Assembly: GCF_026571515.1 (NCBI RefSeq)
Contig: NW_026865315.1
Coordinates: 62,001 to 126,000, forward strand
Reading direction: 5' to 3'
Length of the DNA stretch: 64,000 nt
Source of the DNA: Ruditapes philippinarum
Lineage: Eukaryota
Both the position numbers and the translations under genes were made by a program. Of this stretch, positions 15,288 through 29,853 are shown in pieces. The notes below the pieces were generated by a model. It was not told where the DNA came from. It did not search any database and worked only from the letters and a program-made list of their open reading frames with translations. Every line of letters begins with the position of its first letter. The first letter of the stretch is position 1.

Positions 15288-15558
15288 TTGTTTGTTTTGG
15301 GTTTTACGTCACTTCGACACAGTATAGGTCATATCGCGACGTTCCAGCTTTACTGGTGGAGGAAGACCTCAGGTGCCCTTCCGTACATTATTTCAGGCAC
15401 GAACGGGCACCTGAGTAGAACCACCGACGTTCCGTAAGCTAGTTGGATAGCTTCCTCACATGAAAGAATCGAAAGTCCCTGTCGGGATTCGAACCCACAG
15501 CGGTGAGGGGCAAGTGGTTTGAAGTCAACGACCTTAACCACTCGGCCACGGACGCCCC
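15288..15558 (-). mobile_element. Full-length tRNA-derived SINE with (AAAC)n tail and 13-bp TSD
   Basis: A-box TGGCCGAGTGG, B-box GGTTCGAATCC; TSD TTGCTCTGTTTGT at 15275-15287 and 15559-15571. Confidence 0.92.
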
Positions 15559-18430
15559 TTGCTCTGTTTGTAATTGGTACAACTTTAGGGAATCATTATT
15601 TGTAAGGAAGTCAAATTACCACTTGATTGATTACATTTTGTTACCTTAACGACAGATGGTGGCTGAAAGGTCATTTGTTAAACTCCATTATTTAAACATT
15701 ATCAAACACCTGTTTAAGATTTCTAAAGAATTTCAAAACAAAAATGGACTTCTGAGCATAATGTGCGTTTATTGAAAGAAAATCAAATAATAGTTAATAT
15801 CATAACAATATTATGTTGTTATGCAAACGGCTGTTGCAGTTTGTATATGCATATATTTGTAAATAAAACTTTTATTACCTGATAGATTTCCGTGATTGGT
15901 AATGAAATAGGCAATGCAGCTGAAGTCCAATAGCACCGGCATGAACATTAGCCTAAATTTGGGAGCTTTAAATGAAGTACGGGCATTATTTAAGATCTTT
16001 ATCTAATCTGTCGTCTGATAATGTATTTTATTCTATTTATCATAAAAAGACAAGTTTCGAAAATATTGTGTTCTTTATGTTATAGTGCAAAGAAAGATAT
16101 CATGTTTTTAAGCAGCACTCATCATTACTGTTTGATATTGATCAACATTGTAAATATCAATAAATAGGCTGATCAAGAGCTAGGGAGTTCCACCGGAGAA
16201 CAATAAATGAAATGTAAATGTTTAAATTCCTGACCTATTAATATAGTCAAGTATGCGATAAAAAAAAGAAACCAAACCGTTTCCGTTGTTTCAATGTAAT
16301 TTTGCTTTTACGATCCCAAATTGATAGCGACGTAGCCATTTTACAATAATTTTGATTCGAGACTTATCTTTTCAAGTGTGAAATATGCTGATAAACCGAG
16401 ACAAATAAACAAATACTTAACCTAGACACTTAATGCGTTTTAGAAACCGAACGTTTGAACATTGATAAATGCCATTTTGATCAAATTTATTTTGTCCTAT
16501 TCATGTAGTGCTAAAATAAACACCTTAAAAACACTCCTTTCTATTATAGACAAGTTTATTTTTTTTTATATCTAATGGCCTCGAGTATCAATCAGGTATC
16601 CACTTTGAGGTCAGCAGACGAACATGGAAACACCGAGCTAAAGATATATTTAATCAATCTTACACGTGATTATGAGTACATATAGTGTACTTATGTGTCT
16701 CATTTCGACGGATAACATCTCTAAATTGACCAGTTTGTATAACCACAAGGTTATAACCAAATGACATGCATATGTTTATCATTATGCAATGGTACGAAAA
16801 GTAACAAATAATAACTCAATTGATGTCGTTCTCAAGACAGGAACTATATTTCTTTCTTTCTTTATTCCTATTGTCAGAAAACCTTACTTTGCAATGAGGA
16901 AAGTGAACATTTGTTAACATGTGCTTTGCATTTATTGATATATTTAAGAATGATGTTTTTGATCGCAACCTTCGGTGTTTCGCATCATTTTCTTTATATA
17001 ATTATGTGGTGATTCTGTCTTTAGGACGCCTATCTACTGTAGAAGGCAAAGGCGGATATCATATGAACAATACAATATAATTTCCTATTATTAGATTTAG
17101 ATATACAAACTATGTCAATATGGGCTAAGCGTCATAAAAGATAATCTGGGTGTAAACTCGGGCAAAATATTTGTTTTGTAAATGTTTACTTTTCATTTTA
17201 TAAAAACAACTTTTAAATTACAAAAATAGACACTGAATACGGAAATACAGATGTATTAACACCTTCATGTTAAACGTGTAGGACAGAAATAGATTATTAA
17301 CCTAAAATAGAATCGGGTATTTACTAAAAAAAAAATAGTTATTAGTACATTCAAATACAATACGTTGACGCATCGGCCTATTTATTACGTATGAACTTAA
17401 AAACATGTAAACATATCACAAGGACATCGCAACTTAAGCCTAGATACATAAATAAATCAAAGCACAGAAGGCGCTGAATTTGTTTGGGTTTCAGAATGTC
17501 AGAAAGGTGGAGGTTGTGAGATTATAAAACAATTTGTTTTTGTATAGTACCATCAATGCTTTCTAGCGTTTTAATTGTAGTAGATTGGCTATAAGACTAA
17601 TTGCAACACTGATATTCGATCCAATGTTTATTTGACTTAAACAATTTGAAAAAAAAAAACGTGTTGCCTTTACTGGGATTTGAACTCCAGTTCTGTCGCA
17701 TCCTAAGCGAGTGCGCAAACCCCTCGACCACAGTGGATTTACATATTTACGGTCTGAAGAAAATCATATTACATGTATTCTAGTTACGGTTTGTAACGAC
17801 GCTAACTGTTGTTTAACACTTTTGTAAATAATCATGGCGCTTACTATAAGCATGTATATCTATAAAGAATAAAACAATATTAGAAATCTTCGACTATTCG
17901 GGAATTATTTTGCTTGAAAATTAATCCGCCTGTCATGTGACCATATTTACGCAGTGATCTCCCCTAAATTTTTCGGCCTAAGTGTTACATATAAAGGGTA
18001 GTAACCGCTTCAAAAAAGCGGACTACTTTCGGCAGTTGCAATTAACAGCATTAGAGTTTGAAATTTCGCTACCATTATTTGTTTGGTCTGACGACCCAAA
18101 CAAATAAAAACAAACATAAATGGTTTAGAGAATACAATCAGCTATATTTTGTCCTTCAATAATAAATTGATATCTTTTATTTAAAGAAGAACCGTTGCAA
18201 TGGACATATTCAAGTCTCATTATTTTGACTACTTGCTCATTCAAGCGTTATTTATTGAGTTATTGAGTAGATCAAATTGCTAGGCGTATACGCACATAAA
18301 TGTTTATGTTAATATCTATAAAGTACATAATATACAATTGTAAGCATAGTAGTCTTTATATTATAAAGTTGATACATTAGCGTGTGTATATGTAGACCAT
18401 TTAACTATATCTTAAACAATATCGACTCGT

Positions 18431-18715
18431 ATTTTATCATATTGCTGTATGATAAAATATATGATAGCGCCGTACTTAGCCAAGACGTAAAACCCATGGT
18501 TTTATCACGGCTTGATATTCGTTCAGAAGATAAACATATCCACATAACAAAGCCTGAGGTTTACGATATAACTATAATAATGATTATAGAATTAAGTTGC
18601 GGTCAATATATATATAAATTTTTTATCGTAAACCACAGGCTCTGTGATGAAGATATGTTTATCTTTTGAAAGAATATCAAACCGTGATAAAAGCATTGAG
18701 CAATAACGCTGATAA
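18431..18715 (-). mobile_element. Foldback non-autonomous element (same architecture as 10216-10577)
   Basis: Arms TTTTATCACGGCTTGATATTC...GGTTTACGATA / TATCGTAAACC...GAATATCAAACCGTGATAAAA; terminal small palindrome TTTTATCATA-TTGCTG-TATGATAAAA. Confidence 0.65.
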
Positions 18716-20127
18716 TATGTTTATTTGACACATGTGTTGTGTATTTGTATATATCTGATCGATTGTCAAAGCAAGAATAAATACTGGCTATATTGTTTCA
18801 ACGATAATTTAATATGGCAATTAAAGTTTATAATGATGCAAATATTCCATTCATAACCTAACTGACAATAGGCTTTTTCTATAGAGCTTTATAATTTGTT
18901 ACTCATTTTAAAGCAATAGGATGTAAACGATTCTTTCATTTATTGAAAGTGTATTTTAAATTATTAAATGTAACGGTATGTCTCTAAAAATAGTTTGAAT
19001 GGCTTTTACTGAAATTAAAAAATGTGTTCTGTAATATTTGGAAAATGTACACAATTTACGTTTTACTGTTCTTATAATATATATATATATGAATTATTTA
19101 GTAATACGTTGATGAGCACCTGTGTTTGTCTTGTATTCCTAGTCTGTTTACAGAGCCAAAGTTCGGCATTTTAAGATCGTGCTTTTTCGTAATTTGTCAT
19201 ATTTGTACCAGGTACGTGTTGCTTGTAATATTTGTACCAGAATGTTGAGCCTGTGGATTCTTTTTGGAACTGTCGAGTACTAGTTAAGTGGCTGTGCCAA
19301 CTTTGCAATAATTATACAAGTGTGTGCATGTATTTTGTCCATTTGAAAATTATGGATAAAACTTATTCAGTGGTTAATTGATAAATTGGTTCAGTAATAA
19401 TGTAGTCCGATGATTGCATGTGTAAATTAGTAATACATAATGTAACATCAAGCGAATTTGTCACTTAAATTAATAATTTGTGTTCAAACATTTAAACGTA
19501 TAATTTGAAATATATGATTTAATATGCCGTGCGTCAATGTTGATCACGACATGGGTAGCATTAATGAAGTTCATAGAATAGAACTGATTATTCAAATGAT
19601 CTTTTTTGTATTTCGGAACAAATGAAAGTAGTAAGTAAGACCAAATTTACTCAGCTGGAAGACAATACAACCTTTTAAGTAATTCTTCAGCAAACATTTT
19701 AATGTGTTATAATCTGAAAAATAAATCTGGCCGCTAAAATGTCAAAGTTTGATGGTCATGGCTGATTAACTTGTTACGTAATATGAAATACATAATCATG
19801 TTAATGGTTCAGCCGTGGGTATCCGACGATGTAAAATGGTTCAAAAATGAAATGAAACTCAAGCTACATTTTGTATCTAGTTTACAAAATAAGCACTGGT
19901 CTTTATGTTAAAAGGTTTCATTACAAAGATAGAAATCTTGTACATACTAATAAAACTGATAATAAGCAATATGATTTTAACTGTAGACAACCCGTGCACA
20001 ATAAATGTAAATGAATGATTATTTGTTCATTTGATTGTTGTTGTTTTGTTTTTTTTGGTAAGAAATTGGTCATGTACTGTTTACATATTAAGCTAGTCTA
20101 GTCGCAGTAGGCTTCTGAACATATTAC

Positions 20128-20340
20128 ACCGCCCGGTTAGCCCATTATTCTAGAGCATTAGCCTGTGATTCGGGCGATCGGGGTTTGATTCCCAGACGTT
20201 GCAAGTCACTTTCGTTTAGTTCGATCATGCCATCTTTTCTAAGATTATTCGCACTGTAACTCTGCTTTGTCATACACAAAAGTAACTAGTTGTTCCTTGC
20301 GAAAAATGAATACATCTGGTACATGATAAACTGCTTGACA
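20128..20340 (+). mobile_element. Degenerate tRNA-headed SINE remnant
   Basis: Decayed A/B boxes (TAGCCC...TAGAGC; GGTTTGATTCCC); TGTGATTCGGGCGATCGGGGT resembles TGTGAATCGGGCGACCCGGGT near 23655. Confidence 0.5.
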
Positions 20341-20952
20341 ACTTGTGCATATATTATGCTCGTTAGTACAGGTATTGCATTTCTGCATCCTTGTTTAAAG
20401 TCAACAATTAATTGCCTTTAATACATGTTTAAAACGTGACTATGTTTTTGCCTCCCATTGGCAAAAACGCGAAAAATTATCACGATTGTGGCACACTTTT
20501 ATTGATAAAATTTATACGGGTGAGTACCTTTATAGCTTTAACAGTCTATTTGCGATAAAGTTGGGTATTTACCCAACTGACGTAAATGCAAAAAATGATA
20601 TTTCAACCTACTTTGAAATTGTTAAGGACGGGTGTAAATAATATATTAAAAGTATGAATATGTTTGCATGGTCGGTTTTCACGTGAAGCTGTATATATAA
20701 ATTAATGGTCTAGTATACAAACATTTACAACATAAATGACGAGCTATTGATTCAAATTAATGTAATGTTATTAAAAATGACAATTCTTTAAAATATGTTT
20801 TTTCTTGCAAACATACCCACTCAATATATAATTACGTTTTTAGGCTTTAGTGCACTTGAGTAATCCAGAATGTGCGAGAAATGCCTCAATTATGCATAAT
20901 TTGATCACAGTCTGACAATATTTGCTTCAAAGAAAATGTCCTAACATATGAC

Positions 20953-22559
20953 TGCCCCGGTCACATATTCACGGATAATGCCACGGAAGAGCTACGGTCT
21001 AATCGTTCACGGATTACTACGGATAAGTGAAATTCCGTATTCCGCTACGGTTCCAGTACGGACACACAACGGTATGAGTACGGAGTCCGACTGATTTACC
21101 ACCAAAAGCCCCCGGAGAGACACGGATTGTTACGGACCGACACGGTTTGATACGGAGCGACACGAATCAGGACGGACGCACTACGGATACACTACGGATT
21201 GCTACGGTATAAGCACGGGTTAGTACGAATAAGTACGGTCTGACACGGAGAAGAACGTATTGATACGGAGAAGAACGAATTGCCACGGATCTATACGGAC
21301 CTAATACATCCGTCCACAACCTCTTGCTTGCTCATTTTCAAAATGCCTCAGAAGAAAAGAACACCTAGAAAACGAACTGTAGCGTTCAATGATTTTGGCG
21401 GAGAGAATTCAGCCTAATCGCGTCCGAACCCCGAGACACATCAGGTCCAATTAAAGTGAATTTCTTGAAGAACGCTGGATCCTCAACAATTTCGGCCATG
21501 GGCGCCTCATTCTCTTCGTAAAAGCCCATCTCTAGTCCACCATCTCGTCTGTCTTCCCTTACCTGATTAGATATGGACTAGTAATCATGAATGAAAACTG
21601 TTGATCAATACTGCTTCTCTTTTAATTTTGAGATTTGCTGTTCATCTTACAATTACATTCATAATCGTGATGTTTATTTTTAAAATATGTAAAAAGCTTG
21701 TTAATTAATCTTATTATCACTCAATAGCCAGTGTCCGAGGCTTATGAGACACTTCGTTTTATGTACCTATTTACTCCATTTTCACGATCCAATGTTTGTA
21801 ACATATGTAACATTAAATGTTATTCTATTTCTTATGAATTGTAGTACGATATTAGTATAAATTTACTTCTATGCATGTCATCAAGCAGCTCGACCACTGC
21901 CTCCGCATTCTGAGCCATTTCAATATAAAGTTGCAGCCAGTAAATGGCAATTATCATTTATTATATGTTCCTGCAAATATATATGTCTGTTTTTAACAAG
22001 AAGGTAGTATTTATACCCTTGAAAAAGTACATGATACTTAATTAATCCGTACTAAACAGTGGTGGGCCGTACCATTCCGTACCGTTTCGTGCTGCAACGC
22101 AAAAAACCGTATAAGGCCGTGCTAATCCTTGCCTCTCCGTAGTACAACGTATTACTATCGTGGCTTTCCGTGACAATGCCGTAATAATCTGTATTAAAAC
22201 CGTAGCTTATACGTAGGGTAACCGTTCAAATACGTAGTTCTCCGTACCAAACCGTGGAAATCCTTGACAAGTTGGTGGACTACGAATCAGTACGGACTAT
22301 TACGGTTTTCGTACGGACCAGTACGTATCAGTACGGATTAATACGGACTAGTAGGGATGAGCTACGGTTGATTTTTCCGTAGCAAATTTTTGTGCATGTT
22401 CAAAAATTGTCAAGGATCGCTACGGATATACAGGGACTACTACGATTGATTACGGTTACAATACGGAGAGCTACTGACCAGTACGGGTAGCTACGGAAGA
22501 TGCCGGAATTAATCCGTGGCTCTTCCGTGGGCGTATTCCGTGAATATGTGACCGGGGTA
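20953..22559. mobile_element. Internally deleted PIF/Harbinger-type DNA transposon with subterminal TACGG repeat arrays
   Basis: TIR CCCCGGTCACATATTCACGGA...CCACGGAAGAGC / GCTCTTCCGTGG...TCCGTGAATATGTGACCGGGG; TTA after the right end; minus-strand remnant RQTRWWTRDGLLRRE*GAH...EDPAFFKKF (about 21455-21555) resembles a Harbinger transposase N-terminus. Confidence 0.75.
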
Positions 22560-23114
22560 TTATGTTAACAGACTCTTCAATTTCTGAATAGCGATTCAGA
22601 CGAACATTCACACATTACAGATAGAAGCGCATGCCATTGTTTTTTGTAACTTTTCTCATGAGAATGAATAAGATGAAAGTATTTATTGAAACGGTCTTTT
22701 GTTATTGTTATATTTTGTCATAAGGACACACTTAAGACTTTCTTGAACATTGACTTCTTTTTTCATTATTTTGTGTGATAGATAAAATGTGTTGATTACT
22801 TGTAGTATTTACTGATTTTTGAGAATGGTACAAAAATAAATAGATTGAGACCCTTCAGCAAATAGAATTAAAACTTATGATTATTATATATTTGTCTCAG
22901 CACAATTATAAGTGCGGGCTTGCGTCACGGGTTATATATAAAAAAACGCCGTTTGTATAGGGCCATATAGCCTGTCAAAATTTTAGATATTACCCCGCAC
23001 ATTGACCATTTAATCTTAAACGATTTCATGTCTTGTTTCATATTTTCTTAAGTTATTGCCTTTGGTGAGCAAAGCAATACTGACAGAGTTTATAAATAAG
23101 CACCTTTTTGCTTA

Positions 23115-23135
23115 ATACCCCGGTCACATATTCAC
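23115..23135 (+). repeat. Orphan TIR of the 20953-22559 element
   Basis: ATACCCCGGTCACATATTCAC, the exact reverse complement of the right TIR, preceded by TTA. Confidence 0.75.
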
Positions 23136-24029
23136 ATATCCAGTACATTGTATACATGTATAGCGTATTTCTTATAATTTAAACGTTATTGTTGCTATAA
23201 CATATAGCTTATGCATATGCTATAGCAATTGATATACATTGTATTTCGATAATCATACTACGTACAACAAACAATCTAAATCATAAACTGCCTTAAATCT
23301 AAATAATGGGAGATAACTGAAATATAATAAAAAAGAAGACCCGAGGAGTTATCACACGTTTAAATAAGAACGAATAGGCGCTTTGTTGATAACATGAATT
23401 TACAAACTTTATGATAAAATTGTATAATTTCCCCTCACCTAACATACTAGGCCTTGTTAAATAGGCCTTTATAAATAAATTTTAGATTACAAAAATGGGG
23501 GATCTTCGAACGCAATGAAAACAAATTTGATGAAATTGCAGATAATGATAGGCGCAAACACCTCTCACGTCTCCCTGTCACCAACTACAGAAGGTTACAT
23601 ATAACAATTCTCAAAATAAGTCATCAGGTTATCCGAATATCTAAAGCGTTGGACTGTGAATCGGGCGACCCGGGTCCAATTTTTGGAAAGTGTAGGTCAC
23701 TTTCATGTACAGAAGTTACCTGTTACTTCCGAAAGGGAAGGGAACTAGTACTGGTTAACCGCTGGACACCCTGCCCAGGAACTATGCTTTGGCTGATCTT
23801 TGCTTTGTGAAATTCAATGTAGCTTTCTGCCATTGTCCGGAGAGAAAACTACCAATGTCACAAATTCCTTAAATAGTGCAACAAATGCTGTCACAAAATA
23901 ATCATCAACTGGATTAAGAATCAGTAGTATCCAATCTCATTTGAAAAATAGAATCATGCATAAAACGTTTAACAATTTTAAACAAATTTATTTCAGTTCG
24001 ATTGTGTTGAAAGCTATATTACACTCTCA

Positions 24030-24165
24030 AATCATTACCTTGAACCAACCAGTACTAAGCAATGAATGTCAAGTTTCTTGCTCGCGGAAACAGCGGCTTG
24101 CCCACGCGGTCAGCAATCCTGTGATTACTAGTCCGACGCGTGAACCACTCGGGCACGCCGCCACT
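24030..24165 (-). mobile_element. Degenerate CORE-type tRNA SINE fragment
   Basis: AACCAGTACTAAGCAATG...AAGTTTCTTGCTC-like core, followed by a decayed tRNA head (AGTCCGACGCGTGAACCACTCGG) on the minus strand. Confidence 0.55.
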
Positions 24166-25233
24166 TCTTTACATAAGTGATATGTAGTATAGATAGATCA
24201 TATTAACCAATAGGAGGTTGCCTCCATTTATGTTTAAAAACATGATTTTCAATAATTTGTTAATTTAGCTTTATGAAAGATGTTTCATGTTTTATAATAC
24301 GATATAAACGTAGTCAGTTTATGCTATTAAAACAATAAAACATACTTAAAATGTTAGTCATCAATTACGATTTACTAAACTTAACAAGGTATGATCTTAT
24401 TTTAAATTTTACTCCTAATTACTAAAAAAAAAGGAAAGGTATCATCTACGACGACAGTGATATGTACAGATTAGACAATATGAAGATGGTTATTCTGCTT
24501 GTATAATTAAGACAATTTATTACTGCCTAAGTTGGTGCATGGGATGTGTACAACAATTTTCAATTAAAAGTATTTGTGTCAGTGGATATCTAAAATATTG
24601 CTCTATTAAACAAACAAAGAGACTGCCGAACATATGAATGTTGTTCTACATAAATTTTGAAACTTAAAAACATAGAAATTGAATAAATTTTCGAATTACC
24701 TCCCTTGTAGTTTAAACAGTAATACTTCACGTCAGCAGATGTCAAATGACGTGAGTTGCCTCTACTTCACTTCAGTGTTGTTATATTTTTGTTCCCTTGG
24801 GATGATTCAAGTACATAAGGTGTTAAAATTGAATACCGCTTAAGTCGGTGTTGCACTATTCCATTACCCCTCATAAACACTCAATCAAACCAAATTTGCA
24901 TTTTGATGTACTTGGGATGTTTTTATCGCGTTTTAGGAATGTCCCTTTTCCCCATTTTGTTAAAATAAGACATGTGTACAGTATTTTGTATTTCCAGCTT
25001 ATCAGCTTTTTCTCTTTAAACGCAAATGACCTTAATTGTCACGCAATACAGATTTAACGTCATTTGCAGTTATTCATTTGCTCGATTAAATTGGAAAAAA
25101 AGTTTTAAGAAAGTTGTTTCCGTTATAAAATACGAAATAAGGTCAATAATACAATTAAAAAAATGTTTCTAAAAATAACATTTTCAATCGTCAATAAAAT
25201 TAATACGACAGAACGATGCCAATAAAATCCCTG

Positions 25234-26294
25234 TTACTCCAAAAAATCGAAGGTTGCTTTCGTTTCTTCTCCAGTTGTATTGTGCACTGCCCTTACTTCT
25301 AGTTCCGTTCCTCCAAAAATAAGACCTACAGATGCACTTCCAATCTTTCCATGTCGGTCTCTACAATCAACGCTAACCTCACCAATTGAAATACATTCCG
25401 GCTCGTCAACGAATATTGGATCCCTTTTAGGTGATGCAAACAGTTTTATACAGAAAGCACTTTCTCCATCAGTAGGGTGATATGACATCATTTTAGATTG
25501 GTCAATTTCTGACACACTTTGTCCAACCTCTACAAGCTTTGAAAAACTACCCCTCACTTCTTTCCCGCCGCATTTGTTATAGATAACTCTTTCCTTTGGA
25601 TGTATAGAAGGATCAAATTCACTGTAGCATTTTAAACCATATGTAAACTTCGCAATGCGTGAAGTTATGATATTGCTGTCATGGCCAAAAATAACAGCGC
25701 CCTTTAAAACCGCCAATCCAGCCTCGTGTGGAATAATCACACGAGCATTTGGAAACGATGTTTCCACGGCGTGACGCAACATAGGTGACTCAGAAAATCC
25801 ACCCACCATGAGAATTGACGATATACCTTGCGCTACTGGTAAGCTTAATATGTTTTGTAGATGCTTAGTGATTGTATCATTTGTTTGTGCAAACAGTGCT
25901 TTTACAGTGTCTGCTTCAACTCTCATCTTATCACCGGCAAACGTAACCTTTCCTTCTAAAGTAGGAATCTTGCGAACGGCGTCTCGTATCTCTCCGTCAT
26001 TTACATCTCTATAAAGCTCGTGGAGGGTTATCGGTATCTTAAATGTTACCTTTGAGTCCATGTCAGGCTTGACTGTTCGTTTCTTTATCTCGAATTCTCT
26101 GAGTAGATCAATGAAGTCGTCTTTGTGATCTTCCTGGAACCTTAAAATTACTTTTTCTCCAGTTATAGCTTGAATAAAGCGCATAAAAGCTTCGTCAATA
26201 GTTGTGCCGCCCCAGGCTCCACCATTTGCTTTATAGAGTTCTTTTAACTTTCCATTTTGTATAACTTCATGCACGGTAATATCTACGGTTCCTC
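25234..26294 (-). CDS. HSPA12: HSP70 family member 12-like, coding exon 4 (last)
   Basis: Acceptor TTTCAG (AG at 26296-26295); phase 1 completes DAGGGTVD; motifs GGAWGGT.ID and LMVGGFSESP, AVLKGAV; stop at 25234. Confidence 0.93.
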
Positions 26295-26761
26295 CTGAAA
26301 TTTGATATAACACTCTTTTGATTTCATATTTCTATATTTCAAAATAGCATTTTAAACACATTTTAACAAAAGAGGGCGATCTATTCATTTCCTTTCATTT
26401 AATGAATATATATCATAATATTCAATATATAGAATATATTACATATTTTATTTTATATTTATTATTTTATCAAACGAATGACGGCAAGCCATTTGTATCA
26501 CATTAATTGTATAGCATTATTGACTGTTCACCGTTTTTAGTTGTGCTAAATAATTTAGAAATGTATGCAGAGTTACAACTTTACTATAACACACTAGAAC
26601 AAAATAGGGGAATGCATATATATTGTGTAATTTGTGAACACAATGTTGAGTTATTTGCACTTCATGTTTTGAAAATATTTTGAAAGTATGGCTATAAAAT
26701 GTTTAAGTTTTGATTTTCTTTATGCTGATTCAATGTCGAAACATAGCTATTTTGGCTATAC

Positions 26762-26918
26762 CTCCTGCATCAAGAACAAGGTACTTTGACTTTGGTTGAA
26801 AGCAAGTTATTTTCTTGTCTGCAGATCCCATCATTCGTTCAACCGGAAGATATCTGCAAAACATTGAAGCTGCTTCCGGTTCTAGTGCAAGTTTTAGGTA
26901 CTCTCCGGGTATTCCAGC
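26762..26918 (-). CDS. HSPA12: HSP70 family member 12-like, coding exon 3 (absent from the ORF track)
   Basis: AG/GT-bounded 157-nt exon encoding AGIPGEYLKLALEPEAASMFCRYL...KYLVLDAG; phases 0/1 match the neighbouring exons. Confidence 0.92.
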
Positions 26919-27854
26919 CTAATTATAATAGTTAAAATTAAAATAAAATATATTTAAGATATACTGAGGGCTATGTTGAACTTCATCTTTGAGTAAAATA
27001 TTTTTATTGAAGAAATTGATTGAAATCTATAAAATTCTTATTGAATATGTCTAATTTAGATATTTGATGTACAAACTATGCATGGGAGTCCGCGTTCCTT
27101 ATTATGGGTCTGCAACTTTTTTTATTGACACTATATATTCATAGTGTGTCCACTTATAGTGTGTAGGATTTAAAACATAACATATCTACTAAGTGTGAAG
27201 TCATATCATGTTATATTATATTTACAAAAAGACTGTGAAGCTATCATCAGTATTTTCAAATATCAAATTTGAGCATAGTTTGTCAATATTTTATATTCAT
27301 AACACTTTATGCGTAAATTTTTTGAACCCTACCCGATCAAATAATTATGATGGTATAATCTTTTAAAGTGAATTGGTCTATATTGGAACTTCCGTGATAC
27401 AACACATATTTACGTTGATAGTATACACATATATCAGCAGCAAACTAAGCAACACAAATGTGTACGCCGTTAGCTAGTGTGAAACATATGGTTCGATATT
27501 ACTTACCCTTATATTGCAGATAATGAATGTTCTAGAACAAAATATTATAATTCATATCATCAAAGAAATGTTCATACTAAATCACTTAGAACTTCTTACA
27601 AGATTTTACAAGAATATCCCTGTTATAAACTTCTATTGTTCTTTTATACCAATATTTAAGTACATCTATAAGAAGTACTTTTTGGTGAGCAATCTACTTT
27701 AAAGTCTATGCTTAAAATTATTGACAAAATGCATAAGCATATTCCATTCACAATCCTTTACATCCTTTTTTTAATATTATGTTTCTTGGGTTTTTACTCA
27801 CATCATTTTTTTTCTAAATTGAAATCATTAACATCATGGTTTGTATCTGCATAC

Positions 27855-28079
27855 CTTTAATGCAGCTTCTCTCATAAACTGTTTAGCCGCATCATCCCAA
27901 ATTGCAGGAACTGTCAATACCCATCGAATGTCGTGTAAGTTCATGTCACCCCCGTACATTCTCTCGGTGCAAGACTGCATCATATGATCTTTTAAATAGC
28001 GGATGCCAGCAGCAAAAACTTCCATTGCTGGTAATTCCTTTCCTGTCTCATCTTTTATCAAAGATGTCCTGTGTACATC
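27855..28079 (-). CDS. HSPA12: HSP70 family member 12-like, coding exon 2
   Basis: 225-nt phase 0/0 exon, AAG/GTATGC donor; encodes IRWVLTVPAIWDDAAKQFMREAA. Confidence 0.92.
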
Positions 28080-28962
28080 CTTGAACAATAATTACATGGA
28101 ATATATTAAGATTTTGGAAAAAAAAAGATTTTTTTATCATTAAAATAGAGAGACATAAAGAATCCTTAAAGAACGCACAAAACGACAAAATTGTAAACAT
28201 TCCACGCTAGGTTTGATTGAGCCTGTTCATGGGCGGTAATGACAGTGGAAGTTACCGTACACGCCCCCTAGCACCGCCATGAGGCAGAATGAAACATTTA
28301 ATCATGATGATGGTGAAATTTTGCATTTAGAAACCGCCGTTAGTAAACTGTAGATGCTGTATTTACATGTGCAATAAATTATCGAAAGCAAAATAAAAAT
28401 GAACAAATTCAAGTTGAAGGAAAAAAACACCAAAAGAGTACGGTCTTTGACACTGGTGATCTTGATATTTCACAGTTTTCTTTCTTAGTGGGCCTAGCGA
28501 TTTGAGCTGAAGAATAATTTTTACTTTACGATAAATGTGAGAATGTTATGACAGATATGAACACAAACCATCTATCGATCAGGTGGCGTTAAATGGAATA
28601 TCCTCTTCGTGCTGAATATAAAACTTATTTAATGATATTTACTTATTTTCACCTCTCTTTTATAAAATCAAAAGGTGTAACATTAGCTTATTAAACAGCA
28701 ACTGTAATTAAATTCTATTCTGATTGAAACATCATAGCTTTATCAAGTCGTCATATTTTGGTCTAGTTTAAACATAGTAATTTTCCGAATATATACATTT
28801 ACATTATATACATATGCAATACAATTCAAACAGTTTTATATTCAAGAAAAGTATGAGAACGGAAGAATAACTCTTGTAAAATTATTTTGCTTTGTGTTGG
28901 CATGAATAAAGACCTACAATTGTTTTTATTTTTTGATAATAGAAACATTTAAAGATGCAAAC

Positions 28963-29271
28963 CTTTGAACTGTACAACATCATCTTAAATCTTCTGAAGT
29001 AGTACCAATCACGGTGCTCATCGTCAAGGGCAAGGTCACTGTATTTGTCCTCAGCTTCGAATCCAAATGAGTCAAACTGACGGTTTGGCTTAAACAGAAT
29101 CGTGGAAGACGTCTTCAGAGAAATTGACACTCTAGATCCGGTCGTCCAGGAGCTGGCACAAACCTTCAGAGGATCTTGCTCAAACTCATGCCGAAACGAA
29201 AAAGCATATCCAGAGTAGGTGGTACCAAAATCAATGGCTGCCACAAGAAGTGCTTGGTTGCCCTTTGACAT
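28963..29271 (-). CDS. HSPA12: HSP70 family member 12-like, coding exon 1; spliced CDS 1752 nt, 583 aa
   Basis: VAAIDFGTTYSGYAFS phosphate-1 motif; donor AAG/GTTTGC at 28962; acceptor TTTATAG 19 nt above the ATG implies an upstream non-coding exon (candidate donor ACG/GTAAGC near 30079). Confidence 0.92.
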
Positions 29272-29853
29272 GACACTTTTTTAACTTGAGCTATAAAAAT
29301 TCAGAAAAATATATGTTTAAAAGGGCTTTTAATCTTAATTGTTTATTGTGTAAAAATAGTTAAAAGAATGTAATTTATGTGATGGTAGGATGATGGTTTC
29401 CGAAAGACACATCTTAAACTATAGCATGAGAGATTACACACAGGATGGTTCGTACAGAAACATCGCCTTTACATATAGTTTAAGCGTTTTCATTTTCAAA
29501 AATGCAAAGTCGATCGTTTAATTTTTAAACACCAAATAAGGACAATTTCTGCAATTTGTATTAGAAAAATCAGAAAAAGCTTCTTCTTCTTATCTTTCTT
29601 TAAACAGCTTCATAATTGATAAGTATATATAAACATCTTTGAGATCTTTAAGTCCAACATTGCTGTTGTGTCTGTTGTAATTTTAGTTTTTTTTTAAAAT
29701 GTCACCATTTTCATGGTTGAATGTTGAATTCTGCTTAAGCTAGTGCTAGGGGCGTGGATGGTAGTTAGCACTTGACTGTGCCCTTAACGAACCATTTTGC
29801 TGTTCAATGTGGGCGTTATAGACCTTTTGTAAGGATTCCTATTTTCTCTATAA

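Noticed and set aside
11680-15558. tRNA genes at about 11680-11762 and 15476-15558
   Set aside because: The tRNA-like heads run into a shared SINE body with tail and TSD; the 62-70 aa ORFs over them are incidental.
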